This document shows, piece by piece, positions 1-12,100 of a stretch of 64,000 nt of DNA (positions within the stretch are counted from its first letter, which is position 1; each line of letters begins with the position of its first letter). The notes beneath the pieces are model-generated. The model saw only the letters and a program-made list of their open reading frames with translations. It did not search any database and had not been told where the DNA came from. The DNA comes from Squalus acanthias. Its lineage: Eukaryota. The translations under genes were made by a program, and so were the position numbers. The stretch covers positions 109,990,001-110,054,000 of the forward strand of contig CM059431.1 of assembly GCA_030390025.1 (NCBI GenBank). The letters run 5' to 3'.

Positions 1-195
1 CGTTTCACTGAATATCTGCTCTGTCTGGAAGTGTGACCCTGACCTGTTTGTGGCTTACCACTTTAATTTTCCCCTGTGATCTCTTTAGTTTTCTACAAAG
101 AAGCTCAATGCAAGCTCCAAGAACAGCATCTCATCTTTCGGCTGGGAACCTGCAGCCTTCTGGTCTTCACATTGACTTTAGTAACTTCAGACCTT
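1..195 (+). mobile_element. Degenerate Penelope-like ORF C-terminus (GIY-YIG region)
   Basis: EAQCKLQEQHLIFRLGT resembles the end of PLE endonuclease domains. Confidence 0.55.
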
Positions 196-944
196 AGCTA
201 CATTCTTCTCTTTCGTCACAGGAATATGATGGGTTGGGAGGAGGTGGGTTGGAGATTCTGAGGGAGAATTTCTCCAAGTTTCCCTGATCTGTAATTTCAA
301 CAGGAATCCCGGAGCAACCACCATTTTTAGCCATTTGTGTACGGGATTCTGGTGATCTCCCACCATGGAAATTTCAGGCATCTATGTCTGACTAGAATGC
401 TCCATTCTTTTGGGGTGGGGAGCTCATTGAAAAGCAACTAGAAATCACTCATGACCCAACCATCAAGTGGGCTGCTTATGGCTAGAATTTGTAGGCCCAG
501 TGTACAAGAGTCCAGGTAGGACCAGTCACCACCACCACCACCACCAGATTTTTTTTTAAAAACAGTAAATACCATTCTTCTCCCTACTACAATACTTTTA
601 AAAAAAAGTCTTGCATGTGGGCGCACTGGCAATGCCCAATATATTGCCCATTCCTATTTGCAATGAGTATATTGAGTCAACCATGTAGTTTGGAACTGAA
701 GTCACATGTAGGCCAGACCAGGTAGGGGTGGCCGGTTCCCTTCCCTGAAGGACATTAGTGAACCAATTACTGTATTATGGTTATTTTATCTGCTGCTGGC
801 CCACGAATCACCCAGCTTTAATGAATTCAGTTTCCAAACTTGCCATGATGGAATGTGAACTGACAACCTGGATTGCTGGTCCACTACGCTATCATACTCT
901 CAACAGAAGTGAAGATAGATATAAAACAGTTTGATAATTAGTAA

Positions 945-1500
945 CGTAACTGAAAGCAATGATCAGAGGTAGGTTTGAAGGAGAGGTAGCTGGGCAGAAG
1001 GAATGGGGAACAGTGTTCTAGAGGGGGTCCTAGATAGCTTTGCTAATGAAGTTGGTGGGGAAGGATGTAGATACCAGTATTGGAAGAGGCAGAAGATATG
1101 CACTGACAGAGCTGGAGAAGATTGCAAGTTTGAGAGGGTGCAGGTTGCAGAAAGGTTTGTAAATAAAGATCAGGCTTTTGGATTCAATGCATTGGCAGAT
1201 GAGCAATCGATACTGGCGAGGGTAGAGGTGATAACAGAGCAGGACAAGATGTCAGTGGTTGACCTTTTGCCATGTGTATTTTGGAGAATCGAAGTCAGCA
1301 GACTGGTGAGTGTTGGAGAAGTTGAGCCTGGAGGTGACCAGGTTTCGAGTGTTTCAGTGGCAGTGTGGGTGCAGTAAAGGTGGAGCTGGGAGTCATTGGT
1401 GCTGGATAGGATGTGTGGTTTGAAGTTCAGACAGGACAACAATGCACATCATCAGAAATGGGTTCAAAAGTCAGCAGTTGATATCCAGAGGTCAGTTTCT
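945..1500 (-). mobile_element. Highly degenerate L2-like remnant
   Basis: Weak similarity to L2 RT C-terminus/3' region. Confidence 0.4.
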
Positions 1501-1920
1501 GAAGACCTAGCCGTAAGGAACGTAAGAGAACTTGTAGAAAATTGGCACCTTCTGTGCTTTATAGCCAAGACAGGGATATCACCATTAATTTGTGTTGGGA
1601 AGGGCAGTTATCCTGCATGCAAATTAGAATTCCCCAACCTTAAGGAGGATTATCCAGATCAGTGAACTTAGAAACAGGTTAAAATGACCAGTCTGCATTG
1701 TTCCAGGGCCAGAGACGGTTCCAGCTGGGATTTTATTCCTGGTACTCAAAATAATCAAGAGATCTTACCCAGCACTTACAAACCAAACTCCCTAGAAGAC
1801 GACTGTACAAAACGGCTGGGTAATTGGCTATGACAGACATTAAGACCACCTATTTCCAGGTGGCAGTTCATACAATCCTTTAATTTGTGCACCTCCCCCC
1901 TCCCTTATAAACTGCCACAA

Positions 1921-2365
1921 AAAGAAAGACTTGCATTTCTATAGCGCCTTTCACGACCACCGGACGTCTCAAAGCGCTTTACAGCCAATGAAGTGGAGTC
2001 ACTGTTGTAATGTGGGAAATGCGGAAGTCAATTTGCGCACAGCAAGGTCCCACAAACAACAATGTGATAATGACCAGATCACCTGTTTTTGTTATGTTGG
2101 TTGAGGGATAAATATTGGCCCAGGACACCGGGGATAATTCCCCATCTCTTCTTCGAAATAGTGCCGTGGAAGCTTATGTCCACCTGAGCGAGCAGACGGG
2201 GCCTCGGTTTAACGTCTCATCCGAAAGACGGCACCTCCGATAATGCAGCACTGCACTGGAGTGTCAGCCTAGCTTTAATGTGCTCAAGTCCCTGGAGTGG
2301 GACCTGAACCCACAACCTTCTGACTCAGAGGCGAGAGTGCTACTCACTGAGCCACAGCTGACACA
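1921..2365 (-). mobile_element. tRNA-derived Deu-domain SINE with L2-type tail
   Basis: tRNA-like head (GGTTGTGGGTTCAGGTCCC on minus), Deu-like core, tail AAAGGCGCTATAGAAATGCAAGTC. Confidence 0.75.
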
Positions 2366-2908
2366 AAAGTTTGGAACACTATTTTTCAGACTGTTTAGTA
2401 TAATTAAAACAAGCTTTAGATAGCATACTCTAAAGTACTAGACTATTAAAGAATAAAACTGAAACTATGATACTGGTATGTTATAAGATTATTAAAGTCA
2501 GTTTTCATTGCCATTTTAGAAACTTAGTGATTTCTCCATGTTTTGCTTATAGTATTATGGTCAGAGAGTCTGATTCAAGTGTAGGTTCATGGTTTCTCTA
2601 CCAATACAACTTTTTTTTTACAATATCATCGACCGTACTAAAGGTAATTTTTCCACATTGTGTAACCATCCATTTAAAATTAAGTTCATTCTGTTTTGCT
2701 CATTGATACAATGTTCTGGAGACTGACACCTTCCATATTCAGATCAGCCCTTGCTACACGAGTTCTGACTTCAGATTCATATCACAAAATCGATGCTTTG
2801 TGCCAGAAACCTGCTCTCAGCTTCGATCACACCAAACATTAAGTTAGAATATACTCTGAGCTAGTTTTTTTTTAAAAAATGCCAAGGAATAGATAAAAAA
2901 AATCAACA

Positions 2909-2914
2909 TTTATT
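2909..2914 (-). terminator. Candidate DIS3 polyadenylation signal AATAAA
   Basis: TTTATT on + strand ~170 nt beyond the DIS3 stop. Confidence 0.6.
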
Positions 2915-3081
2915 CAAAAAACAGATGACATTTTGTATTGTAAAAAAGTGTAAATCATACAAATGATTTTCCTCATTATTATACATGTGTAGTCAACTCT
3001 GCTTAAAACAGACATTTTACACTAAATGAGAGAACAAATACTATCCAGAGTGATAGCCACACAGAACGGTCGGTAGCTTTT

Positions 3082-3168
3082 CTAGTTTAGCTTGGCTTTC
3101 TTCACCTCAGGTTCTTCAATAGCTGTATTTTGCAGTGATGAATTTCTTGGAACACTGACTCCAGGAAT
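3082..3168 (-). CDS. DIS3: DIS3 exon 21 (last coding exon)
   Basis: IPGVSVP...[13 protein letters not shown] acceptor; TAG stop at 3082-3084. Confidence 0.9.
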   Translation of the reverse strand: MPGVSVPRNSSLQNTAIEEPEVKKAKLN

Positions 3169-6100
3169 CTGTCACAAGAAACAAATTCACAAAACTTGTA
3201 GATTGAGATCTTTCAAAAGAAAAATGGGAGGAGAGGACAGAAGCTGTAGGTTGAAACAAAGGAAATTCTGAATTCTCTACATCTAATTATGAAGTGCATA
3301 GTTTGTTTTGCCTTGAAGCAAAATTGCTAATTGGTGAAAGATTGAAAGTTTTAATCATCTCTAAAAAGGCCATCTGTTGGAAACAAATATGAGAGCAATT
3401 TAGGGTTTAATGAGAAGGAAATGTTAAACTACCAATGAACTAATCAACCTTAAGCAGACAAACAGCATAAAGGCATAGTTCTTAAAGAACATGATAAACA
3501 TGAACCTATTGGACATTGTAGGATAATGAATAATGGTGTGGACTGGGTATTATGAGTAGCAACCATACAAATTGGAGCAAAAAGTAAAATTCAAGATTCA
3601 ATTAAACATTCTCCAAAACAATCAACAAAACCCAATTTGCCACAATGATGCTACTTGGCAATAAATCAGGCTAGATCACATCTGAAATCACACTGAGATT
3701 ATTTTAAGGCAAATGAGCTGCCAAGGTTGAAAGGATATCAGTCACAGAGCAAGGAGAGTTACCCTTTGGAGGCCAATCATTTAATGAGGTGACTTTGCTA
3801 GCCGTTTAGGTAGAGAATCGGCATAAAGTGACCCTGATCATACTCCTACTTTTAGCCTCCAGGGATAGATCATGGTGAATTGGTATGGCTCCCCTCCCTC
3901 ATTGCAGGAGATGGGGGGAGGTGTACAAAACCTGGCTTATTCAGTCCTGGTACAGAACATCATTGAGATAACTTAGATTTCTATAATGTTCCTCACATAC
4001 AAAAAATGTTTCAAAGCACTTTACACAGCACAGGGCAAAAATGGTAACCGAAGAGGACCAAAAGTTTGCAGGAAGGAGGAGTGTGAAAACATGGTTAAAG
4101 AGAAGTCTCTTTTACATAACTGGGGGATTCAGAGTCTGGACACAAGTGATGCAATCTTAAAATTAGCCACGAGTTAATGACACAGCGTTCCTGTCTCGAG
4201 GTGTTGGGGAGGGAGCAGGAAAGCCAAAAGGCAAGCTAGATTATTTGAAATAGACACTGCAATTTAAAAATGACAAGCACTAATACAAACATTCAAAGCA
4301 AGGATTTGTAACAAACTGTTTTCACATCAAACAACTTGACATCTAACTGGGAAAGTTTAAACAAAACTGAACACTTACCACCGGCTCAACCAGTGCCATT
4401 CTAATCTTCTGGTGTTGGATATTTGATGCGTCCAATGTGATTGTCACGGTTACCTCGTCAAACATGTTAAACGTTGTGCCTTCTACTGTTAAAGATGGGA
4501 TCTATAAGAGTAATAAGAGATTGCCTGCATTTTCTAAATCCAGATGCACTATTCAATTCACCATCTCAGAACATCCCAATTACTGTACATGCAATTGAAT
4601 ATTTTTTTTTACAGAATTGTTTAAAAATGAGTTAGGTTCTCTCATGTCTGGGTGATAGCTCTCGTCTCCAATCTGATGGTGTCTTCTTCCTGCGTACATC
4701 CTGCATTTACTCTAATGACATCTAACTGTTTTAGACAAATCTTTGCGTAAGCACTACAAAATTGGAGACGAGTCCAACCAGATCTTCTGGAAGCAAAAAG
4801 GGTTGGTCTGAAATTACATGAGGGAGGGTCAAGAATAAAAAGGATCTCAAATATTCTGCCAAAGTAAAATATAGTTAATTGTAAAAAGGACTGGAAAGAA
4901 AGTTCTGTACCTCTTCATTGTAGCGCAACTTTGGAGATTGTTTGCCTTTCACTTCAAAGAAAACGGTGCCCTCCAAACCAAACTTCGGAATTAGCACCAC
5001 AATGGCATTCTTTTTCACAAACAGAATATAGCCGACCTCATCAACAAATCCTTTGTTTTTAAAGAATAACTGTAATAACATTGGACAGAAAGAATTTAGA
5101 ATCTTACGGCAAACACGCAACAAAGTAATCCTAAACAAACAGGCTGACTTAGCATATTAATCGAATATTCATTATCAATTGCATCCACTTGATATCAGAA
5201 TTAGTGCTTCTAAAGGACAAAAAAGCTTCTGGACATTTTGACCGTGGTTATGAAGATTGTCTTCATCAATATACAGGAGCGGTTTTAAAAGTTTGAGCAA
5301 ATATCTGCAGTTGTCTATGGAATTGGACGTACGTGACTTTATAGAATGTCTGCACACAGCTGCAACATGTTAATACAAGCTGTTCGAGTAAAAAAAAATG
5401 CTGCACTTTACATTAGAAAACAATGGACAAGTTCTGCAAATCTCTAATTTAAGCTAAAACAGGTCAGAAATCACCTAAACCTTCAGTTGTGTAGTTATTT
5501 ACAGCTTTGTGAGGGCTAAGAAGGAAGAAGAGGAATGAAAAATACAACAAAAAGGTATTGAATAGGACTACTCCATTTAGCCTGGCAGTAAAAATCTTCC
5601 AAATCAATAATCAGCACCAAATCTGCAATCATTTGAGTGAACTTTAGAAGCAAGCTTTTTCTACTGAGTTATGCTGTTATGAGGAATGAAGTAATAACTG
5701 GAATATTATTTATAAACTTTAAATATTTTGCTGTCATATTAGTTTTTACCTGAGTATGGAATGCCACAGATGCCCGCTGGGAATACTGTGCCATTTTGTG
5801 ACGATAGTTGAGGTTGTTACACAGAGCTTGTTGTTTGTGCTTGTCCATGATATCTGGGTAGGTAGAGTCAGCATTGATTGCCACAGCCAACAGACGATGT
5901 ACGATTACATCAGAATATCTAGAATGAGGCAAAACATAGACATCACAAGCGACTGAATGATCAAGCAATGTCCATTACAATACTGGTCCAAAAAACCCCA
6001 AAAAGGTTTGCGAAGCTTCCAATAATATCACATTATCGATATACAACATTGGCCTGTAATTTGCGGTCAGCGGCGAAACAAAGGCGTTTGCCGCTGGCCC

Positions 6101-9100
6101 CTGAAGCAAGCTTCACACAAAGATCACGCGATCTCTGTGGCGAGAAGTTCGGCTTTTCCGACACGTAATTAAAATCAACGCAAGTTAATGGGGATTTCCA
6201 GCGAAGAGCTGCTGCGAAATCAACAAGCTAGAGATCCGGGTTCGAATCTGACCTCGGGTAACTGTCTGTGTGGAGTTTGCACATTCTCCCCGTGTCTGCG
6301 TGGGTTTCCTCCGGGTGCTCCGGTTTCCTCCCACAGTCCAAAAATGTGTGGGTTAGGTTGATTTGGCTATGATAAATTGACCCTTAGTGTTAGGGGGGGA
6401 TTAAATATGTGGGGTTATGGGGATAGGATGGGATATGTGTACTGTGGGGATTAAAGCAGGGACAGGGTACTGGAGTTGGATGATCAGCCATGATCGTATT
6501 GAATGGCGGAGCAGGCTCGACGGGCCGAATGGCCTACTCCTGCTCCTAGATTCTATGTTTCTAAGCTGTCTAAGCAGCCAATCAAAACGCAGAATTCACA
6601 CAGACAGCGAACCAGGAAGTGGGTAAGTTCCTTTTATACTAACTTTTAAAAAAATGTTAGAGAGAGCAAAACAAAGATTGGGGCTCTCACATGGGGAAAA
6701 GGCAAACCTGAAACAAAGATGAACAAACATCAAACATTTTTTTTTAAAGTTACTTAAAAAATTTAATTTTTATTAAAATGGATAAATTTGACACTCCACA
6801 AAATTAAAATTAGTTTTTCAGGGCCATAACCTTTGTTCAGCAGTCAATACGTTGTTAAAACCCCAGTTACACCTAATCCAAAAGGATTTTTTAATGGGGT
6901 ATTTATCAGGCTTGGGCTGATAAGTGGCAAGTAACATTCGCGCCATACAAGTGCCAGGCAATGACTATTTCCAAAAAGAGAGTGTCTAGCCACCGCCCCT
7001 TGACATTCAACGGCATTACCAAGCCGAATCCCCCACCGTCAACATCCTGGGGGTCATCACTGACCAGAAACTTAACTGGACCAGCCACATAATTACTGTG
7101 GCTACATGAGCAGGTCAGAGGTTGTGTATTCTGCGGCGAGTGTCTCAACTCCCGACTCCCCAAAGCCTTTCCACCATCTACAAGGCACAAGTAACGAGTG
7201 TGATGGAATACTCTCCACTTGCCTGGATGAGTGCAACTCCAACAACACTCAAGAAGCTCAACACCATCCGGACAAAGCAGCTCGCTTTATTGGCACCCCA
7301 TCTACCACCTTAAACATTCACTCCCTCCACCACCGGCGCACCGTGTCTGCAGTGTGTACCATCTACAAGATGCACTGCAAAAACTCGCCACGGCTTCTTC
7401 ATCAGCACCTCCGAAACCTGCGACTTCTTCCACCTAGAAGGACAAGGGTAGCAGGCCCATGGGAACACCACCACCACCTCCAAATTCCCCTCCAAGTCAC
7501 ACACCATCTTGGCTTGGAAATATATCGCCGTTCCTTCATTGTCGCCAAGTCAAAATCCTGGAACTCCCTACCTAACAGCACTGTGGGAGTACCTTCACCA
7601 CACGGACTGCAGCGGTTCAAGAAGGCAGCTCACAACCACCTTCTCAAGGGCAATTAGGGATGGGCAATAAATGCTGGCATTGCCAGCGACGCCCACATCC
7701 TAGGAACGAAAAAGAAAAAATAATAGCCGTATTACCGTGGAAGAGCCGAAGTTTTTGTCAGTTTCCACGATTTGAGAGATTTCACTGATTGCCGGCTCGG
7801 GGGGTGGAGGAAGGAGGGGGAGGTGCGCGGCACAGCGCAGTCTGTGGAGGAGCAGTGAATGACAGACCGCAACTTCAGGATTTCCACGTTAGGCTGCGCA
7901 TGCGCTAAATCCTGAAGTTGCGGTCAGTTTCAAAGGCAAAATGACGGCGAACGCTGCCAGTTTGCCATTATCAGGACCGCATATTCCGGGCCATTATATG
8001 GGATGTAAAACAGAATACTAGAATTATATTTGTCCAGAGATAGTTTTTAAAAAAAATTAAATATATGACATTTGCTTGACAAAATATACTGGATATTTGA
8101 TCATATACTGGGATTCAAATGATTTTTGAACTAAATAGGAGAGAATTAAATGCATCCACCTATTACGTTGGCTGCAAAAAACAGTTACATAGTTTTAAGA
8201 ACAGGAATTATTATACTTCCATTTGGGAAAAAATACTGTCTCAAGAGACTTTTGCACAAAATTCCTTTTTAACACAATATGAGAGAATCCCCTCTCACAG
8301 CCAACGGTCACTTATTTTGGGTGGAGGAAAGCATCCAAGCATTAGCGATGAGACCACCCTTCATAAAAGTGATTTCCTGTCCAGGCGGACTGATGCTACG
8401 TGGATGTTCATTTTACTCGTATGCTAAAGATTTTTTTAAAATACTTGATCCAAGACCCACACCTTCTGATAGGCGATGTGAAGTGAGTATAGATTGGTGA
8501 AGCCAGACCAAAGTGATGAAAGTCAGTATCCATTCCCGAGCAAAAGTAGACAGCCTGCATCATACAACGCGTGGTCAGGATTCGCAAGAGTGTATTCAAA
8601 TATGGGGAGCCTGGAGTTTCAGCTTTATCCAGAGAGTCTGCCAGGGCCTTCGCTGAATCAGTCCGGATATCTAAATTCTGAGAGGAACAGGAAACAAATC
8701 AAGCACCATTGTATTTTTTTGTCTTTACTGTATTTAGTAAAAAAATTAACCTTACACCTTAATACATATTGGCCCGAAAATTAAACCTAATACGCGAGAG
8801 TACGCACTGTGTACTCTCGCGTATTAGATCCTGAATTGCCGGTTTCCTGCATGCGCAGGAAACCGGCACTTCGTGAATTGCGAAGGGGGCGGTTCCTAAG
8901 TGAACCGCGTGCGCGCTACAGGTTGTGCGCACGCAGTGCACTTAGTTTTTTTTTCAGCTTTGAACGCGCAGGTAAGTGGTGAAGATTTTACACACAAAGA
9001 AAGCAGGCGTAGGACCCCTTTTTAACAAGGTAAGTAGTTAATTAAGTGTTATTTTAAATTTTTTTCAACAGGTTTATTTTTTTAGAGACTTTAAAGAAAG

Positions 9101-12100
9101 GTAAGTTTATTTTTATAACTTTTAAAAAGATTTTAAATTTTTTCAAAAATAATTTTTTTTGTTTAAAGTGGTTAATTTATTTAACTATACTTATTTTATT
9201 AATGCGATGGCTTTTTTTTTTAATTTAATTGAGGTTTAGCTGTTCTTTTTGGGGTTTGTAGTATTCATAGCTTTGACAGCTCTTGCTGTCAAAACTATGA
9301 ATGAAAGATGGTGTGCTGCCATTGGCTCTAACTGAATCACGTGATCCCAGAGCTTGCACGAACTAATTGCGCCTCTGGGATACGCACACACTGCGCGGTT
9401 GCAACAAGAGGAGGCTCTGAAACTAAAGTTCGTGTGGGCCCCAAACAAAAAGGTAGGCGCGGAGTGCGATATCGCGGGGAATCCTTACCCCCGCGGGAAC
9501 CATCGATGTTTAATTTCTGGGCCATTAGTACCACGTCCCCATAACAAATGATCAACATTTACATTCCGGCTGTAAGCTTTGTAGAATTTCACTTAGCAGA
9601 TCTACTTCTCACCATTTTGTACACATATATCTGCCAGGTATTTGTGAATAGCTTGATCGCTCGGATTCCTGTTCTGGTGGCCTCCCCAACACGATGAACA
9701 GATTTGTGAATTATTTTTATAAAAAGGTATTGCAAAAATTACACCAGATATATTTTTAATACTCCCTGAATATAGGAAGCAATTTATATACAGGCAATTT
9801 ATTATCCAAACTTTATGGTGCATTGTTTCTCTACTAGAAACAAGGGAAATCCATAAAAAGAGTACACTTAAAGTTCTCTCTCCCCAATATCTTCACAACG
9901 CTTACAGATTAAAGGCTAAGCACACGCAAAATAATGTTAAAAACTATTGAGTGCCTATCCATGATATCTTCAGAGTAAATTATGCATTATTTCACTCAAC
10001 AAGCAGAAAAGACATTGCACAATTGAAGTAACATTTTCACAGTACTTACTCAAATTAGCTCCAACAAGACACATCTCAAAAGAGCACCTTATTTGAGTCT
10101 CATGCGATGAAGAGAACATTGCAACCAGCATGCTACAGTAAAGTGTTGTTTATTTACTCACTTTGGATTTTGCTGCTTTGACAAGGATGTCATAGTTTGA
10201 CGGTGGAGGCGCTGGATGCTTTCGGAGTAGTGCACACTCTGAAAACTCTTCGTAAATTTTCTGTGCGACTGAGATATTGGCCAGCAGCATGAACTCTTCT
10301 ACCATTGAATTGGTTTCTCTGTAAATTAAGTTAGAAAAATCTTAACAAATGCTTCAACAAGAAGGGTTCTGCAACTGACATTTAAACCATCATACGCTGG
10401 ACATTTATCCAATAAGCAACATAAACTACTCTGCTCCTTCACAAAAGAGATGACACGTTTTCGAGTTCAATATTGTATGTTTTTCCAAAGGGTTTGGCTT
10501 TCCTTTCACTTTCTTGCAAAATAGAGTATTACAACCAAATGATGAAAACGTGCAGAAACTTACAAGAGAGCTTTCAGAAGGAGATTAAAAGTGACTGTTC
10601 CAAAAAAAACTAAAATTACAGCTCCTGAATTAGAAACAATGCCTGGGATATTGCTCAGAACAGGCTGTTGTAGATTATCCAATTGAGGTTGGGGGCAGAG
10701 GATGAAAACTGGATGCCTGCCAGTAACCAGTCCTTACTGCTACAGGAAAGGAAAAAAATCCAGTTACTGCTAGTGGGGAGGGGGAGGGGATCTCGCCACA
10801 CATCTTTTCAGAAGGTACAAAGAAAAATTACTAATATAAAACCTTTATAATTCCAGACCCAAAGACTCAACAAGTTTACCCTTTGAGAAGCTGAGCCATT
10901 AGAATTGGAAGACCCCAGGTTCAATCTTCAGTCTGTGCGAAGCTAGCTGATCCAATCCAGGGTGGTGGCAGAGATGCTCCAAGTGATTTTAGCACCTCAG
11001 GTTAGGGAGGGAGCCAAAAGCAATTGTCCAGGGTTCTCAATAAATGATTTATCATCATTTGAAGTTGATAGTGGTATGTACCTGAAGATGCTGTGTGTCA
11101 GGCACCACCCTGTGAAATCATCATGTGAAACAGCCCGTTCAGCTACTTTACAGTAGAGCATCAAATAATGCAAGTCACAGCATTATAATGCAATGGCAAA
11201 TCATTGGAAAAATAGTGAAGCACATCTTTGCATATATCAGAGCCATGATCGGCACTGTCATTCCAAGTGCTGCTGATAGTTTTAATACATTTTGCACCCA
11301 GAATAAATGTTGGTCATAAATTGCGACGTTCATACCAATATAAAACTAGCAATAAACACGGGTGCCAAAGAATGAATGTTTAACTGCTAGGCTTGTACCA
11401 AAATATCATTTAAATATGCAAGGTTTGCACTGGAGACTTTTGAATGATACCAAATCGATAGTGTACAAGGTCTCCATTATAAATGAGACTACTGTTTCTT
11501 TTACAAACGGGGTCATTCCACTACCTGTGCCTCAGACCTAAAAAAAAAATCAAATAACAAATGGAGACCATAGAAGCACAAAAATTCTGAAATTTTAATC
11601 CTACAAAACATGTAGTGATAGAGGAAACATTCCTAGTATCGAATGTTCTTTGCAGCTTATAAAAACACAGTTTATAGTGAAAGTTTTAGTACCCACAATA
11701 CAGAAGCGCAGAAAAAACTGTTCAATTCACATTATGGATTGAAAATCAATTTTGGCACGTCAGTAAAAATCAGGTGCTGTGATCATTGAATTAATTGCTC
11801 TAGTGCATCATTTATCAAAATTCACTGGCTAAAAATAAATAAAATCTAAAATAAAATTCTATTTTTTCTGTACCTTTGGAGGTTGATTAACTTTAAACCA
11901 TTACAATATATGAACAAAGAATTCTACAAAATGGAATTCACCGATTTGCAAAGCTACCCAAAATTCTAATTCTGTAGTACATACTTTAGTTCTTTGGTCT
12001 GCAGGTCGATGGGGTCATGGGTCTCGCTGTCTATGTGAAACCGCACTTCAGGAGAAGACAGTGTTAGAGCACTGAAAACAAAAACAGACTTCAATTAAAC

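Larger units (their letters stand above)
6051..7992 (+). mobile_element. Harbinger-type MITE, family B, with nested SINE and LINE fragment
   Basis: TIRs GGCCTGTAATTTGCGG / CCGCATATTCCGGGCC; ATT TSD; matches the uninterrupted copy at 50791. Confidence 0.8.

Noticed and set aside
2270..2365. tRNA gene
   Set aside because: tRNA-like A/B boxes are the head of a SINE; likewise at ~6235 and ~42340-42425.
1..3000. BORA 3' exons expected beyond DIS3 by synteny
   Set aside because: No recognisable BORA peptide or supported exon found by eye.
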